Assembly (NCBI GenBank): GCA_028874995.1
Contig: JAPPGM010000147.1
Coordinates: 4,545 to 68,544 of the forward strand
Reading direction: 5' to 3'
Origin: Gemmatimonadota bacterium
Lineage (GTDB): Bacteria > Gemmatimonadota > Gemmatimonadetes > Longimicrobiales > Gaopeijiaceae
DNA: 64,000 nt
Under the pieces are notes generated by a model. It worked only from the letters and a program-made list of their open reading frames with translations. It had not been told where the DNA came from and made no database searches. Below, piece after piece: positions 17,501-26,169 of this stretch. Position numbers and translations under genes: made by a program. Positions within the stretch are counted from its first letter, which is position 1. Every line of letters begins with the position of its first letter.

Positions 17501-18419
17501 TCACGATCACGGTCACGGCGCCGCTCGCCTGGGTGGATCCCAGCGCCGCGGTGATGGTGGCGGTTCCGGTGCCGACCAGGGAGATGTCGCCGGTGGGGGT
17601 CACGGTTGCCACGCTGTTGTCCGACGAGGTGAAGGTGAAGTAATGAGGCGAGGCGAAGACTGTCTGGTCCTTGCCGTTCACGTCGAAGGTCACCCGGGTG
17701 CCCCCGACTCCCAGCGTGCCGCCGACCTCGCCGGACACCGTCTGCGTAGCGATGGCCGGCCGCGGGTTGATGATCGTGCCCAGCCGCTCGAACTGTACGT
17801 CGTCGAAGTAGATCGTGTAGCCGACGTCGTATTCCGAGCCCTCAGCCATCAGGAAGAGGCCGGTTTCGCGTGACAGCTTGGAGGGCAGCGGAATGGGGAC
17901 CGCGTACTTGGTCCAGCGGGTGGAGAGCGGGAGACCCTCCATCGTGGCGGGGTATAGGGAGTTCCCGGTGTTGTCGTTGCCGATGCCGACGGTGTTGAGT
18001 GTCGCGGCGGTGGTGGCCTTGGCCCAGAAGGTCAGCGCGTCGAACCCGGTCAGGTCGCGCGGCACCTCGGCGTAGAAGACGCCGCCCGCGTAGCTGCCCG
18101 ACGGGTCGGATGGGGCCGGAATCGTGAACTTGAGCGCGGCCGTTCCCCGGTACACCTCCTCGTACTCGATATCCAGCGCGTCCACCTTCGATCCCCCGAA
18201 GGCGGAGAACTGCACGGACGGCCCGAAGGCGTCGTAGAAGACCTCCGGCTCGGCGGGGTAGGGCGCCGGCTCGAGCATGTCGAGGTCCCGCGTGCAGGTC
18301 GTCGAGAGGAGGAGGATCGCCATTGCGGCAGCAATTCCCCGTTCAGCGCCCCGCGCCAGCCCGGCGCCCCGCCGCTCCCGGTCCGCGTGCGAATTCCTGT
18401 GTGGGGTGCTCGCTGTCAT
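15411..18419 (-). CDS. Multimodular surface glycan-binding-like lipoprotein: CBM-like beta-sandwich, Big_2, then four tandem 175-aa modules
   Basis: I take the start at ATG 18419 (MTAST...AAAMAILLLSTTC). The track start at 18512 would include an operator-like palindrome. The N-domain ends in YTIYFDDVQFERLG, followed by a Big_2-like segment (SSDNSVATVTPTGDISLVGTGTATITA). Four repeats then follow of VISL[FY]SDAY.D..VDTWSA.WDQADVED...KKYTNL.[FY]AGIEFTS..VDA...THFHMD[IL]WT...AFR[VI]KLVDFG..G.F.GGDDSEHE[LI]T...LD[IV]P[FL][ST].F.GLA...HLAQ.IISG...TV[FY][VL]DN[VI][YF]F. Confidence 0.8.
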   Translation of the reverse strand: MTASTPHRNSHADRERRGAGLARGAERGIAAAMAILLLSTTCTRDLDMLEPAPYPAEPEVFYDAFGPSVQFSAFGGSKVDALDIEYEEVYRGTAALKFTIPAPSDPSGSYAGGVFYAEVPRDLTGFDALTFWAKATTAATLNTVGIGNDNTGNSLYPATMEGLPLSTRWTKYAVPIPLPSKLSRETGLFLMAEGSEYDVGYTIYFDDVQFERLGTIINPRPAIATQTVSGEVGGTLGVGGTRVTFDVNGKDQTVFASPHYFTFTSSDNSVATVTPTGDISLVGTGTATITAALGSTQASGAVTVIVTEPPREPPPTPTIPAEDVISLFSDAYDDVHVDTWSAEWDQADVEDVAIAGNGAKKYTNLNYAGIEFTSQPVDASRMTTMHVDLWTNDASAFRIKLVDFGGNGVFGGGDDSEHEITLDENSMPPIRAGAWNVLDIPLTDFAGLANKGHLAQLIISGASPTVYLDNIFFFTTEPPGPTEPSRPAPTPAHPAGSVVSLYSDAYEDANVDTWSAGWDQADVEDVAIDDNGMKKYTNLVFAGIEFTSQTVDAGAATHFHMDIWTPDGTDAPAAFRVKLVDFGPDGGFQGGDDSEHELTFTAETDPALATAEWVGLDVPFSAFEGLAERAHLAQMIISGDPNTVFVDNVYFYSPAATEPAEPAPTPTHPAASVVSLYSDAYEDANVDTWSAGWDQADVEDTEVQGDAVKKYTNLVFAGIEFTSQTVDASDATHFHMDIWTPDATAAPAAFRVKLVDFGADGGFQGGDDSEHELTFTAETDPALAAARWVALDIPFSAFEGLAERAHLAQMIISGDPNTVFVDNVYFYGTPNEPTEPAPTPAHAADSVISLFSDAYTDVTVDTWSASWDQADVEDVDIQGDTVKKYTNLVFAGIEFTSSTIDAGEMTHFRFDFWTPDPTADPAAFRVKLVDFGADGAFGGGDDSEHELTLTAASDPALATGMWVSYDIPFSEFSGLAARRHLAQLIISGDPNTVFLDNVYLRK

Positions 18420-18490
18420 CGTTCCATCCCGAGTTTGTTCGGGTACCCCCGGAGCCCAGCGAACTGCGGAGCGCCGGAACACCACGCCTG

Positions 18491-18515
18491 ACTTTGTTCG
18501 GTTGCCGAACAAAGT
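18491..18515. promoter_or_regulatory. Perfect 11-bp inverted repeat ACTTTGTTCGG-ttg-CCGAACAAAGT; candidate operator for the ROK regulator
   Basis: The 25-bp palindrome lies 72-96 nt upstream of the lipoprotein start. A third half-site TTTGTTCGG lies at 18434..18442, next to the RBS region. The site is in the divergent intergenic region of the glucan locus. Confidence 0.4.
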
Positions 18516-18779
18516 GCGGGGGGTGATCGCCTGCTGTCAAGCAGGGCATTGAGCCGACGCCGCCCCATCCGTGCAAGTCAAGTCCGTGACGACCTTCGCA
18601 GGTACGGCCGACGCGCCAGCTGGCGAGTTGACAGACGTCTCGGCCACTCCCTATGCTGCGGTGGGGATCCAACGGGCGGAGAAGCGGTGGCTGCGGGATC
18701 CGCCTGGCGGTGTCCTCCGCGCCAATTTGAATGAAGCACTTGCCGGTCTTGCAGTGACACTTGAAGGAGGAGGAGGATT

Positions 18780-21700
18780 GTGTTCGGCAATGGTATTGCT
18801 CGCTCTGCGACAAGTCTTGGTTCCCTTTTGCCCGGAATCACCCTCGGACCGCGCCGGTTCTTCGGTACGGCGATCGTTCTGGCCCTTGTTGCCACCCTGT
18901 CCTGTGGTGACGAACCAATCCCGCCCGACCCTGCCGAGCCGACACGCGTAACGGTGAGTCCGGGTTCCCTGCAATTCGAGGCTCTGCAGGATACCGCGCG
19001 GCTGACGGCCCAGGTGCAGGACCAGTACGGCAACGTCATGGCCGGCGCGGCGGTGACCTGGGTGAGCAGCGATGGGTCCGTGGCGGTGGTGAACTCCGAG
19101 GGCCTGGTGCGTTCGGTGGGTAACGGGGAGGCGGTGGTGACGGCCACGGCAGGGTCGGCCTCCGGAACGGCGTCAGTCACGGTGGCCCAGCGCGTGACCG
19201 CTATGACGATCTCACCCCCCGGTGACACCCTGGTCGAGCGCGAGACGAGACAGCTGGTCGCTGCGGCCAGCGACGCCAACGGGAACGCTGTGGACGTCAC
19301 GTTTTCGTGGACCACGAGCACGCCTGCGGTCGCCACGGTTGACGAGTCCGGGCTGGTCACCGCCGTGGCAGCGGGGGAAGCGCGGATCACGGCGACCGCA
19401 GCGGAGGTCAGCGGAAGCGCGGATCTGCTCATCGTCGTTCCCGTGCCCACCACCGTGACGGTTGCCCCGGGCATGGTGGAGTTGATGGGCGTTGGCGACA
19501 CGGCGCGTTTCTCGGCGGAAGTCCTCGACCAGATCGGGCGGCCCATGGACTACGGGCCGGTCGATTGGTCTACCGGGGACGCAGGTGTGGCGAGCATCGA
19601 TTCCTCGGGGCTTGCCACGGCGATCGGCCTTGGGCAGACGCAGATCGGCGCGCGTGCCGGCTCAGCCGAGGGAACCGCGGAAGTCAGGGTGAACCTGCGT
19701 ATCACGCTGACGATATCCCCCCCGGCGATGACTCTGAGTCCTGGTGACTCGGTGTCACTGATCGTGGAAGCCAGGGACGAGGCCGGCAACGTTGTCGGAG
19801 TCAACTCCCACGTGGAATCGTCGGATACGTCGGTGGTAAAGATAGTCCGTGGTGATCTGGTGACGGCGGTGGCCCTGGGTGAAGCCGACGTGATCGTGCG
19901 CGCGACCTGGGAAGGGGGCGGCGACACTGTGACCGTGCCGGTGGAGGTGACGGACAGGGTGCATTCGATCACCCTGACGCCTGCCGTCGACACGATCGTC
20001 ATGTTGGACACGGTGAGGATCGTGGCTGAGGCGAGGGATGCGGACGGGCAGGTGTTGTCGGACGTGTACCCCCTGTGGAACTCGAGCAACTACGGCATCG
20101 CCGGCGTGAACGACGCAGGCCTGGTTTCCGCGCAACAGAACAGGGAGGGTACGGCGGCGGTCACGGCCACGGTAGGAACCGCCTCGGACACGGCGTGGAT
20201 CACCGTGGTCAGCCCGGACCGTGAGCCGCTGCGGGCCTTCTTTCTCGCAACCAACGGGACGCGTTGGCGCTTTCGGCACCGTTGGCTCACCGGCGATCCG
20301 TTGCCCAATTGGTATGGCGTGAGAATGCACTTCGGCTCGCCGCGAGTCCGCTCGCTGGCTCTGCCGGACAACCGGCTCAGCGGTGTCATCCCGCCGGAGA
20401 TCGAAGGCCTCACCGAGATCCAGCACATCGACCTTTACCTCAACTACATTGGCGGTTCAATCCCGCCGGAAATCGGCAATCTGGGCAAGCTGGAGGGCGT
20501 GCACCTTTCCGCCAACGCGCTGGTGGGACCGGTGCCGGGGGAACTCGGCAATCTCTCCGAATTGAAGGGACTCTCGCTCGGCACGAACCCTCTCGGCGGC
20601 CCGATTCCGCGGGAATTGGGGAACCTCTCCGAGCTGCAGTACCTGGAGATCAACGGCGGCGAGCTGTCCGGTGCGATACCGCGGGAGCTTGGCAACCTCT
20701 CCCGGTTGGAGACACTCCTTCTCGCCGGCAACGATCTCGGGGGAGCGATTCCCCGGGAATTCGGCCGACTCGGCGGCCTGGTACGCACGGAACTCCAGTT
20801 CAATAACCTGACCGGGCAGATACCGGGTGGTTTCCTGGAGCTCGAAAACCTGGAAGAGGCGGATCTTTCGAACAACAGGTTCACGTCGATAGGAAGTCCG
20901 CCGGGCAACAGCCAACGCTCCGGCATAGCGCAGTTGTTCCTCCACAACAACGAGATCAGCGGGCAGCTTCCTCCCGAACTCGCGAGACTGTCCAACCTCG
21001 AGGTGCTGACTCTCGAGAACAACAGATTCAGCGGGCAGCTTCCCGCCGAATTCGCGAGACTGTCCAACCTCGAGGTCCTGACGCTCCACGACAACGACCT
21101 TGGCGGACAGCTTCCTCCCGAGGTCGGCGGAATGGCGAACCTGCGCCTCCTGGACATCCGGAACAATCCTCGGATGACCGGCCCGCTTCCGCACAGCCTG
21201 ACGGCCCTCGGCAGGCTGGAGGCCCTTCAGACCGAAGGAACGGAACTGTGCGCGCCCGCCGACGAGGGGTTCCAGGAGTGGCTGGAACGGATTCCCAGGC
21301 ACCGAATACGCAACTGCGACGCAGCGGACAGCGAGCTGTATCTGGTGCAGGCGGTGCAGTCGCGGCGTTTTCCGGTCCCGCTGGTTGCCGGGGAGGCGGC
21401 CCTGCTTCGTGTGTTCGTGGCGGCCCCGAACGCGGGCAGCGCCACGATTCCCCCGGTCCGGGCGACCTTCTACCTCGACGGGTCGATGGTTCACGAGGTG
21501 GAGATCCCCGCGAAGTCCGAGTCCATTCCGGCGGAGATCGACGAGAGCGACCTGGACTTGTCTTCCAATGCCGAGATTCCCGCGCGTGTGCTGAAAAGCG
21601 GTCTGGAGATGGTTGTCGAAATCGATCCGGACAGCACGCTGGATCCCGGGCTGGGCGTCACAAGGACCATCCCTCCCACGGGACGGATGCCGGCCACGGT

Positions 21701-22748
21701 GCGCGAGGTGCCGGCGCTCGACCTGACGGTGATCCCGTTCCTGAGCTTCACCCAGCCCGACTCGTCGATCATCGACCTGGTGAATGCAATGGCGTCGGAC
21801 CCGGAGGGTCACGAACTCCTCGGAGCCACGCGTACGCTCATGCCGGTTCAGGACATGGACGTGACCGCCCACCACCCCGTGCTTACCGGAGCGACCGAAG
21901 CCTTCGGCCTCCTCGCGGATGTGATCGCCATCCGGGCGCTGGAGGGAGGAACCGGCCACTACATGGGCACGATTCCCTCGGTCACAACCCATGTTGCTGG
22001 AGTCGCGATACTCGGAGGCTGGACGTTCTTCTCCCTGCCCCTCGAGGGGACGATCGCACACGAACTCGGACACAACTTCGGTCTCTTCCATGCACCATGC
22101 GGGAATCCCGGAGCGGTGGATCCCGCGTTTCCGGAAGCGAACGGGTCAATCGGTGCGTGGGGGTACGACTTCGAATCGGGAAGCCTGGTACCCGAGACGT
22201 ACTCGGATCTCATGGGCTATTGCGGCGAACAGTGGATCAGCGACTACCACTTCTCCAGCGCCCTCCGCTATCGGCGCAATCCGGTCGCGGCTCCGGACCG
22301 GCGCTCCGGCGAGTCGCTCCTGCTCTGGGGCGGCACGGATCCGGACGGTGCTCCGTTCCTCGAGCCGGTCTTCCTGGCCGACGCCCCGCCCACGCTTCCC
22401 GACTCGGCAGGTGACTACGAGATCGTCGGTCGCGACGCCGGCGGTACCGAACTCTTCGCGCTGTCGTTTGCCATGCCCTTGCTGGCGGACGGCGACGGTC
22501 GTTCGGCGTTTGCCTTCACCCTGCCCGCGGACGATGACTGGAGCGGTTCCCTGGCCAGCCTCACCCTTGAAGGCCCCGGGGGCTCCGCCGGCATCGACGC
22601 GACCACCGACCGGCCGACGGTGATCCTCCGCGATCGCGGCAGCGGACAGGTGCGCGGCATTCTGAGGGAGATCCCGCTCGCGGCCATGTCCCCGCCCGGT
22701 GTCGACGTGCTGTTCAGCCGCGGTCTGCCGGCCGTCGGCACACGCTGA
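18780..22748 (+). CDS. Giant lipoprotein: five Big_2 Ig-like domains, about 12 plant-type LRRs, and a C-terminal metzincin-like zinc protease domain
   Basis: 1322 aa. GTG start preceded by ggaggaggagga, lipobox LVATLSCGD. Five repeats of the .T[VI][ST]P......G....L.A...D..G type. 24-residue LRRs follow the pattern L..L..L.L..N.L.G.IP.ELGNL. Zinc motif IAHELGHNFGLFHAPCG (HExxHxxGxxH) near 22058..22090. Confidence 0.85.
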   Translation: MFGNGIARSATSLGSLLPGITLGPRRFFGTAIVLALVATLSCGDEPIPPDPAEPTRVTVSPGSLQFEALQDTARLTAQVQDQYGNVMAGAAVTWVSSDGSVAVVNSEGLVRSVGNGEAVVTATAGSASGTASVTVAQRVTAMTISPPGDTLVERETRQLVAAASDANGNAVDVTFSWTTSTPAVATVDESGLVTAVAAGEARITATAAEVSGSADLLIVVPVPTTVTVAPGMVELMGVGDTARFSAEVLDQIGRPMDYGPVDWSTGDAGVASIDSSGLATAIGLGQTQIGARAGSAEGTAEVRVNLRITLTISPPAMTLSPGDSVSLIVEARDEAGNVVGVNSHVESSDTSVVKIVRGDLVTAVALGEADVIVRATWEGGGDTVTVPVEVTDRVHSITLTPAVDTIVMLDTVRIVAEARDADGQVLSDVYPLWNSSNYGIAGVNDAGLVSAQQNREGTAAVTATVGTASDTAWITVVSPDREPLRAFFLATNGTRWRFRHRWLTGDPLPNWYGVRMHFGSPRVRSLALPDNRLSGVIPPEIEGLTEIQHIDLYLNYIGGSIPPEIGNLGKLEGVHLSANALVGPVPGELGNLSELKGLSLGTNPLGGPIPRELGNLSELQYLEINGGELSGAIPRELGNLSRLETLLLAGNDLGGAIPREFGRLGGLVRTELQFNNLTGQIPGGFLELENLEEADLSNNRFTSIGSPPGNSQRSGIAQLFLHNNEISGQLPPELARLSNLEVLTLENNRFSGQLPAEFARLSNLEVLTLHDNDLGGQLPPEVGGMANLRLLDIRNNPRMTGPLPHSLTALGRLEALQTEGTELCAPADEGFQEWLERIPRHRIRNCDAADSELYLVQAVQSRRFPVPLVAGEAALLRVFVAAPNAGSATIPPVRATFYLDGSMVHEVEIPAKSESIPAEIDESDLDLSSNAEIPARVLKSGLEMVVEIDPDSTLDPGLGVTRTIPPTGRMPATVREVPALDLTVIPFLSFTQPDSSIIDLVNAMASDPEGHELLGATRTLMPVQDMDVTAHHPVLTGATEAFGLLADVIAIRALEGGTGHYMGTIPSVTTHVAGVAILGGWTFFSLPLEGTIAHELGHNFGLFHAPCGNPGAVDPAFPEANGSIGAWGYDFESGSLVPETYSDLMGYCGEQWISDYHFSSALRYRRNPVAAPDRRSGESLLLWGGTDPDGAPFLEPVFLADAPPTLPDSAGDYEIVGRDAGGTELFALSFAMPLLADGDGRSAFAFTLPADDDWSGSLASLTLEGPGGSAGIDATTDRPTVILRDRGSGQVRGILREIPLAAMSPPGVDVLFSRGLPAVGTR
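20957..21100. repeat. Near-identical 72-bp (one LRR unit) tandem duplication
   Basis: cgcgagactgtccaacctcgaggt.ctgac.ctc occurs at 20981 and again at 21053, encoding ARLSNLEVLTLENNRFSGQLP and ARLSNLEVLTLHDNDLGGQLP. Confidence 0.8.
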
Positions 22749-22752
22749 CGGC

Positions 22753-24303
22753 TTACTCCAGCGGCCCGCCCGAGATCGACCTCGCCCACTCCGGCACCAC
22801 CGACGGATCGATGTCGAAGACCGCCAGTCCCACCGTGTAGACCACCGTCGCGATCACCACCACCCCGATCAGGTTCAGGAAGATCCCCGTGCGCGCCATC
22901 TGGCCTACCGTGATCCGCTCGCTCCCGAAGACGATCGCGTTGGGCGGCGTGGCCACCGGCATCATGAAGGCGCACGAAGCGGACAGCGTCGCCGGAATCA
23001 TGAGCACGAGCGGATGCGTCCCGGTCACCACCGCGACCGACGCCAGGATCGGCAGGATCATCTCGGTGGTGGCGGTGTTGCTAGTGAACTCGGTGAGGAA
23101 GGTCAGCGCCGCGCACACGAGGAGGATCATCACGAAGGTGGGCAGGTTGGCGAGCGCCTCGAACCGGCTGCCGATGATGTGCGCGAGCCCCGTCTCCTGA
23201 AAGCCGGCCGCCAGCGCGAAGCCGCCCCCGAAGAGCAGCACGATGTTCCAGGGAAGCCGGGGGATCACATCCGGTCCCATGACGCGCGTGTAGCCGTGTT
23301 CGCGGTTGCGCGTCGGGATGAAGAAGAGAAGCGACGCGAGGGTGATCGCCACCGTGCCGTCGTCGATCAGGCCCGGTTCGGGCAGGAGGCGGGACCACCC
23401 GGGCAGTGTGAGGAAGCCGAGTTGCAGGTCCACCCGGAACACCCACAGCAGCGCCGTGGCGATGAACACACCGAGCACGGCCCGCTCCTCGAAGGAGACG
23501 GCACCCAGGCGCGCGCGCTCCGTGGCCACCACCTCCTGGTCGACGGCAAGTTCGTCGGGCACGCGGTGGAATACCCGGGTGATGAGAAGCCACGCCACCA
23601 CCAGCATGATCGCGCCGACGGGGAACGCCATCACGAGCCACTGCCCGAAGGCGATCGACGGCGCTTCGGGGAAGAGGATCTCGAAGATGCGGACGAAGGA
23701 GAGGTTGGGCGGCGTGCCCACCAGGGTCGTGAGCCCCCCGACCGTACACCCGTAGGCGATTCCGAGCATCAGCCCCACCGAGAAGTGGCGCGAGGCCTCC
23801 TTCCCCGCCGCGTCCTCGATCTGAAGGATGATGGCCAGCCCGATCGGGACCATCATCAGCGTGGTTGCCGTGTTCGCGATCCACATCGACAGGAAGGCGG
23901 CCGCGATCATGAACCCCAGCACGATCCGCGCCGGCCCGCCCCCCACCGCGTGAATGATGTTCAGCGCGATGCGGCGGTGCAGGTTCCACTTCTCCATGGT
24001 CAGCGCGATCATGAACCCGCCGAGGAATAGCACGATCGTGCTGTTGAAGTAGATCGGCGCGGTTTCGCGTCCCGCCATGATGCCCAGGAGCGGGTAGAGG
24101 ACCAGGGGGAGCAGCGCGGTGGCGAAGAGCGGGATTGCGTCGGTGACCCACCAGACCGTCATGAGGAGGGCGACCGCGGCGAGGTGGCTGGCCGCCGGGT
24201 TCCCGGGGTCCACCGGGAAGATCATCAGCGCGAGGAATGCCGTCAGACCCAGCCAGATTCCGATGGTGCGGCCCCGCGAAGTGGAGTGGCGGTCAACGGC
24301 CAC
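22753..24303 (-). CDS. DASS/SLC13-family sodium-coupled anion (di/tricarboxylate or sulfate) symporter
   Basis: 516 aa, polytopic. It has the two hairpin SNT motifs (WIANTATTLMMVPI and FTSNTATTEMILPI) and an N-terminal WWVTDAIPLFATALLP. Confidence 0.85.
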   Translation of the reverse strand: MAVDRHSTSRGRTIGIWLGLTAFLALMIFPVDPGNPAASHLAAVALLMTVWWVTDAIPLFATALLPLVLYPLLGIMAGRETAPIYFNSTIVLFLGGFMIALTMEKWNLHRRIALNIIHAVGGGPARIVLGFMIAAAFLSMWIANTATTLMMVPIGLAIILQIEDAAGKEASRHFSVGLMLGIAYGCTVGGLTTLVGTPPNLSFVRIFEILFPEAPSIAFGQWLVMAFPVGAIMLVVAWLLITRVFHRVPDELAVDQEVVATERARLGAVSFEERAVLGVFIATALLWVFRVDLQLGFLTLPGWSRLLPEPGLIDDGTVAITLASLLFFIPTRNREHGYTRVMGPDVIPRLPWNIVLLFGGGFALAAGFQETGLAHIIGSRFEALANLPTFVMILLVCAALTFLTEFTSNTATTEMILPILASVAVVTGTHPLVLMIPATLSASCAFMMPVATPPNAIVFGSERITVGQMARTGIFLNLIGVVVIATVVYTVGLAVFDIDPSVVPEWARSISGGPLE

Positions 24304-25519
24304 GCGGTTCTCGCTTCACGGGTGGGTTGAGGGCCCGTGCCAGCAGACCGGCGGTGCCCATCGCCGCGGTGCTCCACAGCCGGGCCAACCGGCCGGACCC
24401 GCGCACGTCACCCGGCCGGAAGGGCCGCGACCCCGCGAGCATCGGCTTCAGCACCTTGCGGTGGAAGTCGTCGATCACCGGCCGCGACCGGATGACCGCG
24501 ACGATTTCCGCCAGGAAGCCGTGGTAGCTGAGCAGATCGAAGTTCGACGAGCCGGTGACCAGGACACTGTCGTCGATCAGCATGCACTTCATGTGGATCA
24601 TGCGGTCCTCGAAGAGGTGCAGCTCGAAGCCGAAGCGTGCCGCTTCCGCGAAAAGGAACCTCTGAAGGTAGCCCAGGTTGTTCTCAAGTGGACCTGCGAC
24701 TTGCACTTTGACGCCTCGCTTCACTGCGGCCGCGAGATGGCGCGTGAACGGAGGTCCCAGATAGGGACTGATCACCTGGATGGAGCGCTCGGCATTCTCA
24801 ACGCGGGCGACAAGTCCACCGAAGGCCTCACGGTTCCCCCTGCCCGGCAGCGTGTGCAGGTCCAGTCCCAACCTCGAAAACCGTCGCGACGATCTCTCGG
24901 ACCGTCCCTCCCAGGAGCAGAGGAAATCTCGCTTCAGAAAACGGACGACCTCGGCATCCTCGATGCGGATCATGAAGTCATGCCACTCGAAATTGTGTTC
25001 CGAGAAGTTGATTCCGCCCATGTACGCCACGCGGTCGTCGAAGAGCATGAGCTTCTTGTGGTCGCGGCGGAGGATCCTGCGCCCCATGAACCCGAAGGGG
25101 CGGCCGAAACGGACGCCGGCCCCGTCGGAGCGGAGGGCGGCGACGAGCCGTCGGGTGTTCCGCACCTCCTCGCGCAATTCGCGGTCGAAGAGATAACCGG
25201 GCGCCGGGACCCAGCGGTCGCTCTGGTTCGCGCGGGTGTAGGAGTCGATGAGCAGCCTGCGGTCGCCGACCTTCGCGGCGAGCAGCTCCTCCGTGAGGGC
25301 CGTGCCCACCGAGTCGCCGTCGAATGAGTACGTCTGGAAGTATGCGTACTCGCGTGCCTCGGCCAGATCGGCCTGCAGAGCTTTCCAGAAGGGCGCCGAA
25401 TCGACGAGGAGCGTGATCCGCGCTGCGTCGCCGGGATGCGCCAGCCGGAGGTCGGGTGTGGTTTCGGTCCCCTCCGCCACCGCTGCCGCCCCTGAGCCGA
25501 TGTGGCCGGCCCTGCTCAC
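24293..25519 (-). CDS. Phospholipase D / cardiolipin synthase-like protein with two HKD motifs
   Basis: HKD motifs are RDHKKLMLFDDRVAYMGGINF and MIHMKCMLIDDSVLVTGSSNF. I infer a GTG start at 25519, overlapping the dedA stop (GTGA). The 586-aa track ORF is an over-extension. Confidence 0.8.
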   Translation of the reverse strand: MSRAGHIGSGAAAVAEGTETTPDLRLAHPGDAARITLLVDSAPFWKALQADLAEAREYAYFQTYSFDGDSVGTALTEELLAAKVGDRRLLIDSYTRANQSDRWVPAPGYLFDRELREEVRNTRRLVAALRSDGAGVRFGRPFGFMGRRILRRDHKKLMLFDDRVAYMGGINFSEHNFEWHDFMIRIEDAEVVRFLKRDFLCSWEGRSERSSRRFSRLGLDLHTLPGRGNREAFGGLVARVENAERSIQVISPYLGPPFTRHLAAAVKRGVKVQVAGPLENNLGYLQRFLFAEAARFGFELHLFEDRMIHMKCMLIDDSVLVTGSSNFDLLSYHGFLAEIVAVIRSRPVIDDFHRKVLKPMLAGSRPFRPGDVRGSGRLARLWSTAAMGTAGLLARALNPPVKREPRGR

Positions 25520-25977
25520 AACGTGCCCTGGATGGCGTCGCCCGCCGCCACCGCACCATAGGCGATGATGGCGAAACGGATGGCCCGGCCCACCGTGCCC
25601 GTCACGATGAAGCCAGTGAGGTTCAGCTTCATCGCGCCGGCCGCCAGCGAGATCAGGTAGAAGGGCGGAAGTCCCACGATGGCGCTGACCAGGACGAGCG
25701 TGAGCCCGGCCTGCTCCAGCTTCTTCACCCGTTCGGAGGCGCGCTCGAGGCGCGCGGTGGCCTTCTTGGGCAGGCGTTCGGGAAGCCACCGCATCCCCGC
25801 GTACAGCGCCACCTTGGCAAGCATCTGCCCGACCGAACACACGGCGATGACCGGGATCATGTACCCGGGCGGCGCGGCCACGGCCGCCCCCGCGACCACC
25901 ACCTCGGCGTTCACGAAGGGTATGAACCCGCTGACCACCGATGCCACGAAGGCCGATGACAGCAGCGCGATCTCCAC
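25516..25977 (-). CDS. DedA/YqaA-like small membrane protein (VTT/SNARE-associated domain)
   Basis: 153 aa with 4 predicted TM segments. FIPFVNAEVVVAGAA and the GRAIRFAIIAYG pattern are typical of YqaA-type DedA proteins. It is the first gene of the dedA-pld-DASS operon. Confidence 0.7.
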   Translation of the reverse strand: MEIALLSSAFVASVVSGFIPFVNAEVVVAGAAVAAPPGYMIPVIAVCSVGQMLAKVALYAGMRWLPERLPKKATARLERASERVKKLEQAGLTLVLVSAIVGLPPFYLISLAAGAMKLNLTGFIVTGTVGRAIRFAIIAYGAVAAGDAIQGTL

Positions 25978-26083
25978 CTGGCTCTGTTTCCTCCCCTTCG
26001 CGGTTCCTGTTCGATCCAGAGCGAATGACTCCTGCCAGCGAGCCGGTCACCACCCCGATTGCCCCGATCCTCCCCCATGCGCA

Positions 26084-26124
26084 CCGAAGCCGGTCGTCTC
26101 ACAATCGATGGCGACCGGCTTCGG
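26084..26124 (-). terminator. 13-bp stem hairpin downstream of the cytochrome/monooxygenase gene
   Basis: CCGAAGCCGGTCG-15 nt-CGACCGGCTTCGG starts 46 nt past the stop at 26170. There is no clean U-tract on the minus strand, so the call is tentative. Confidence 0.45.
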
Positions 26125-26169
26125 ATGTTCTTCGAGCCTGAGGTACTGTACCGGCACCCGCTCCTGAAT

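Noticed and set aside
24293-26053. The 586-aa version of the PLD gene and the 749-aa version of the protease gene (51615..53864)
   Set aside because: Their N-terminal extensions are Arg/Gly-rich shadows overlapping real genes (dedA and the CoA-transferase respectively). I used internal starts with proper signal or coupling features.
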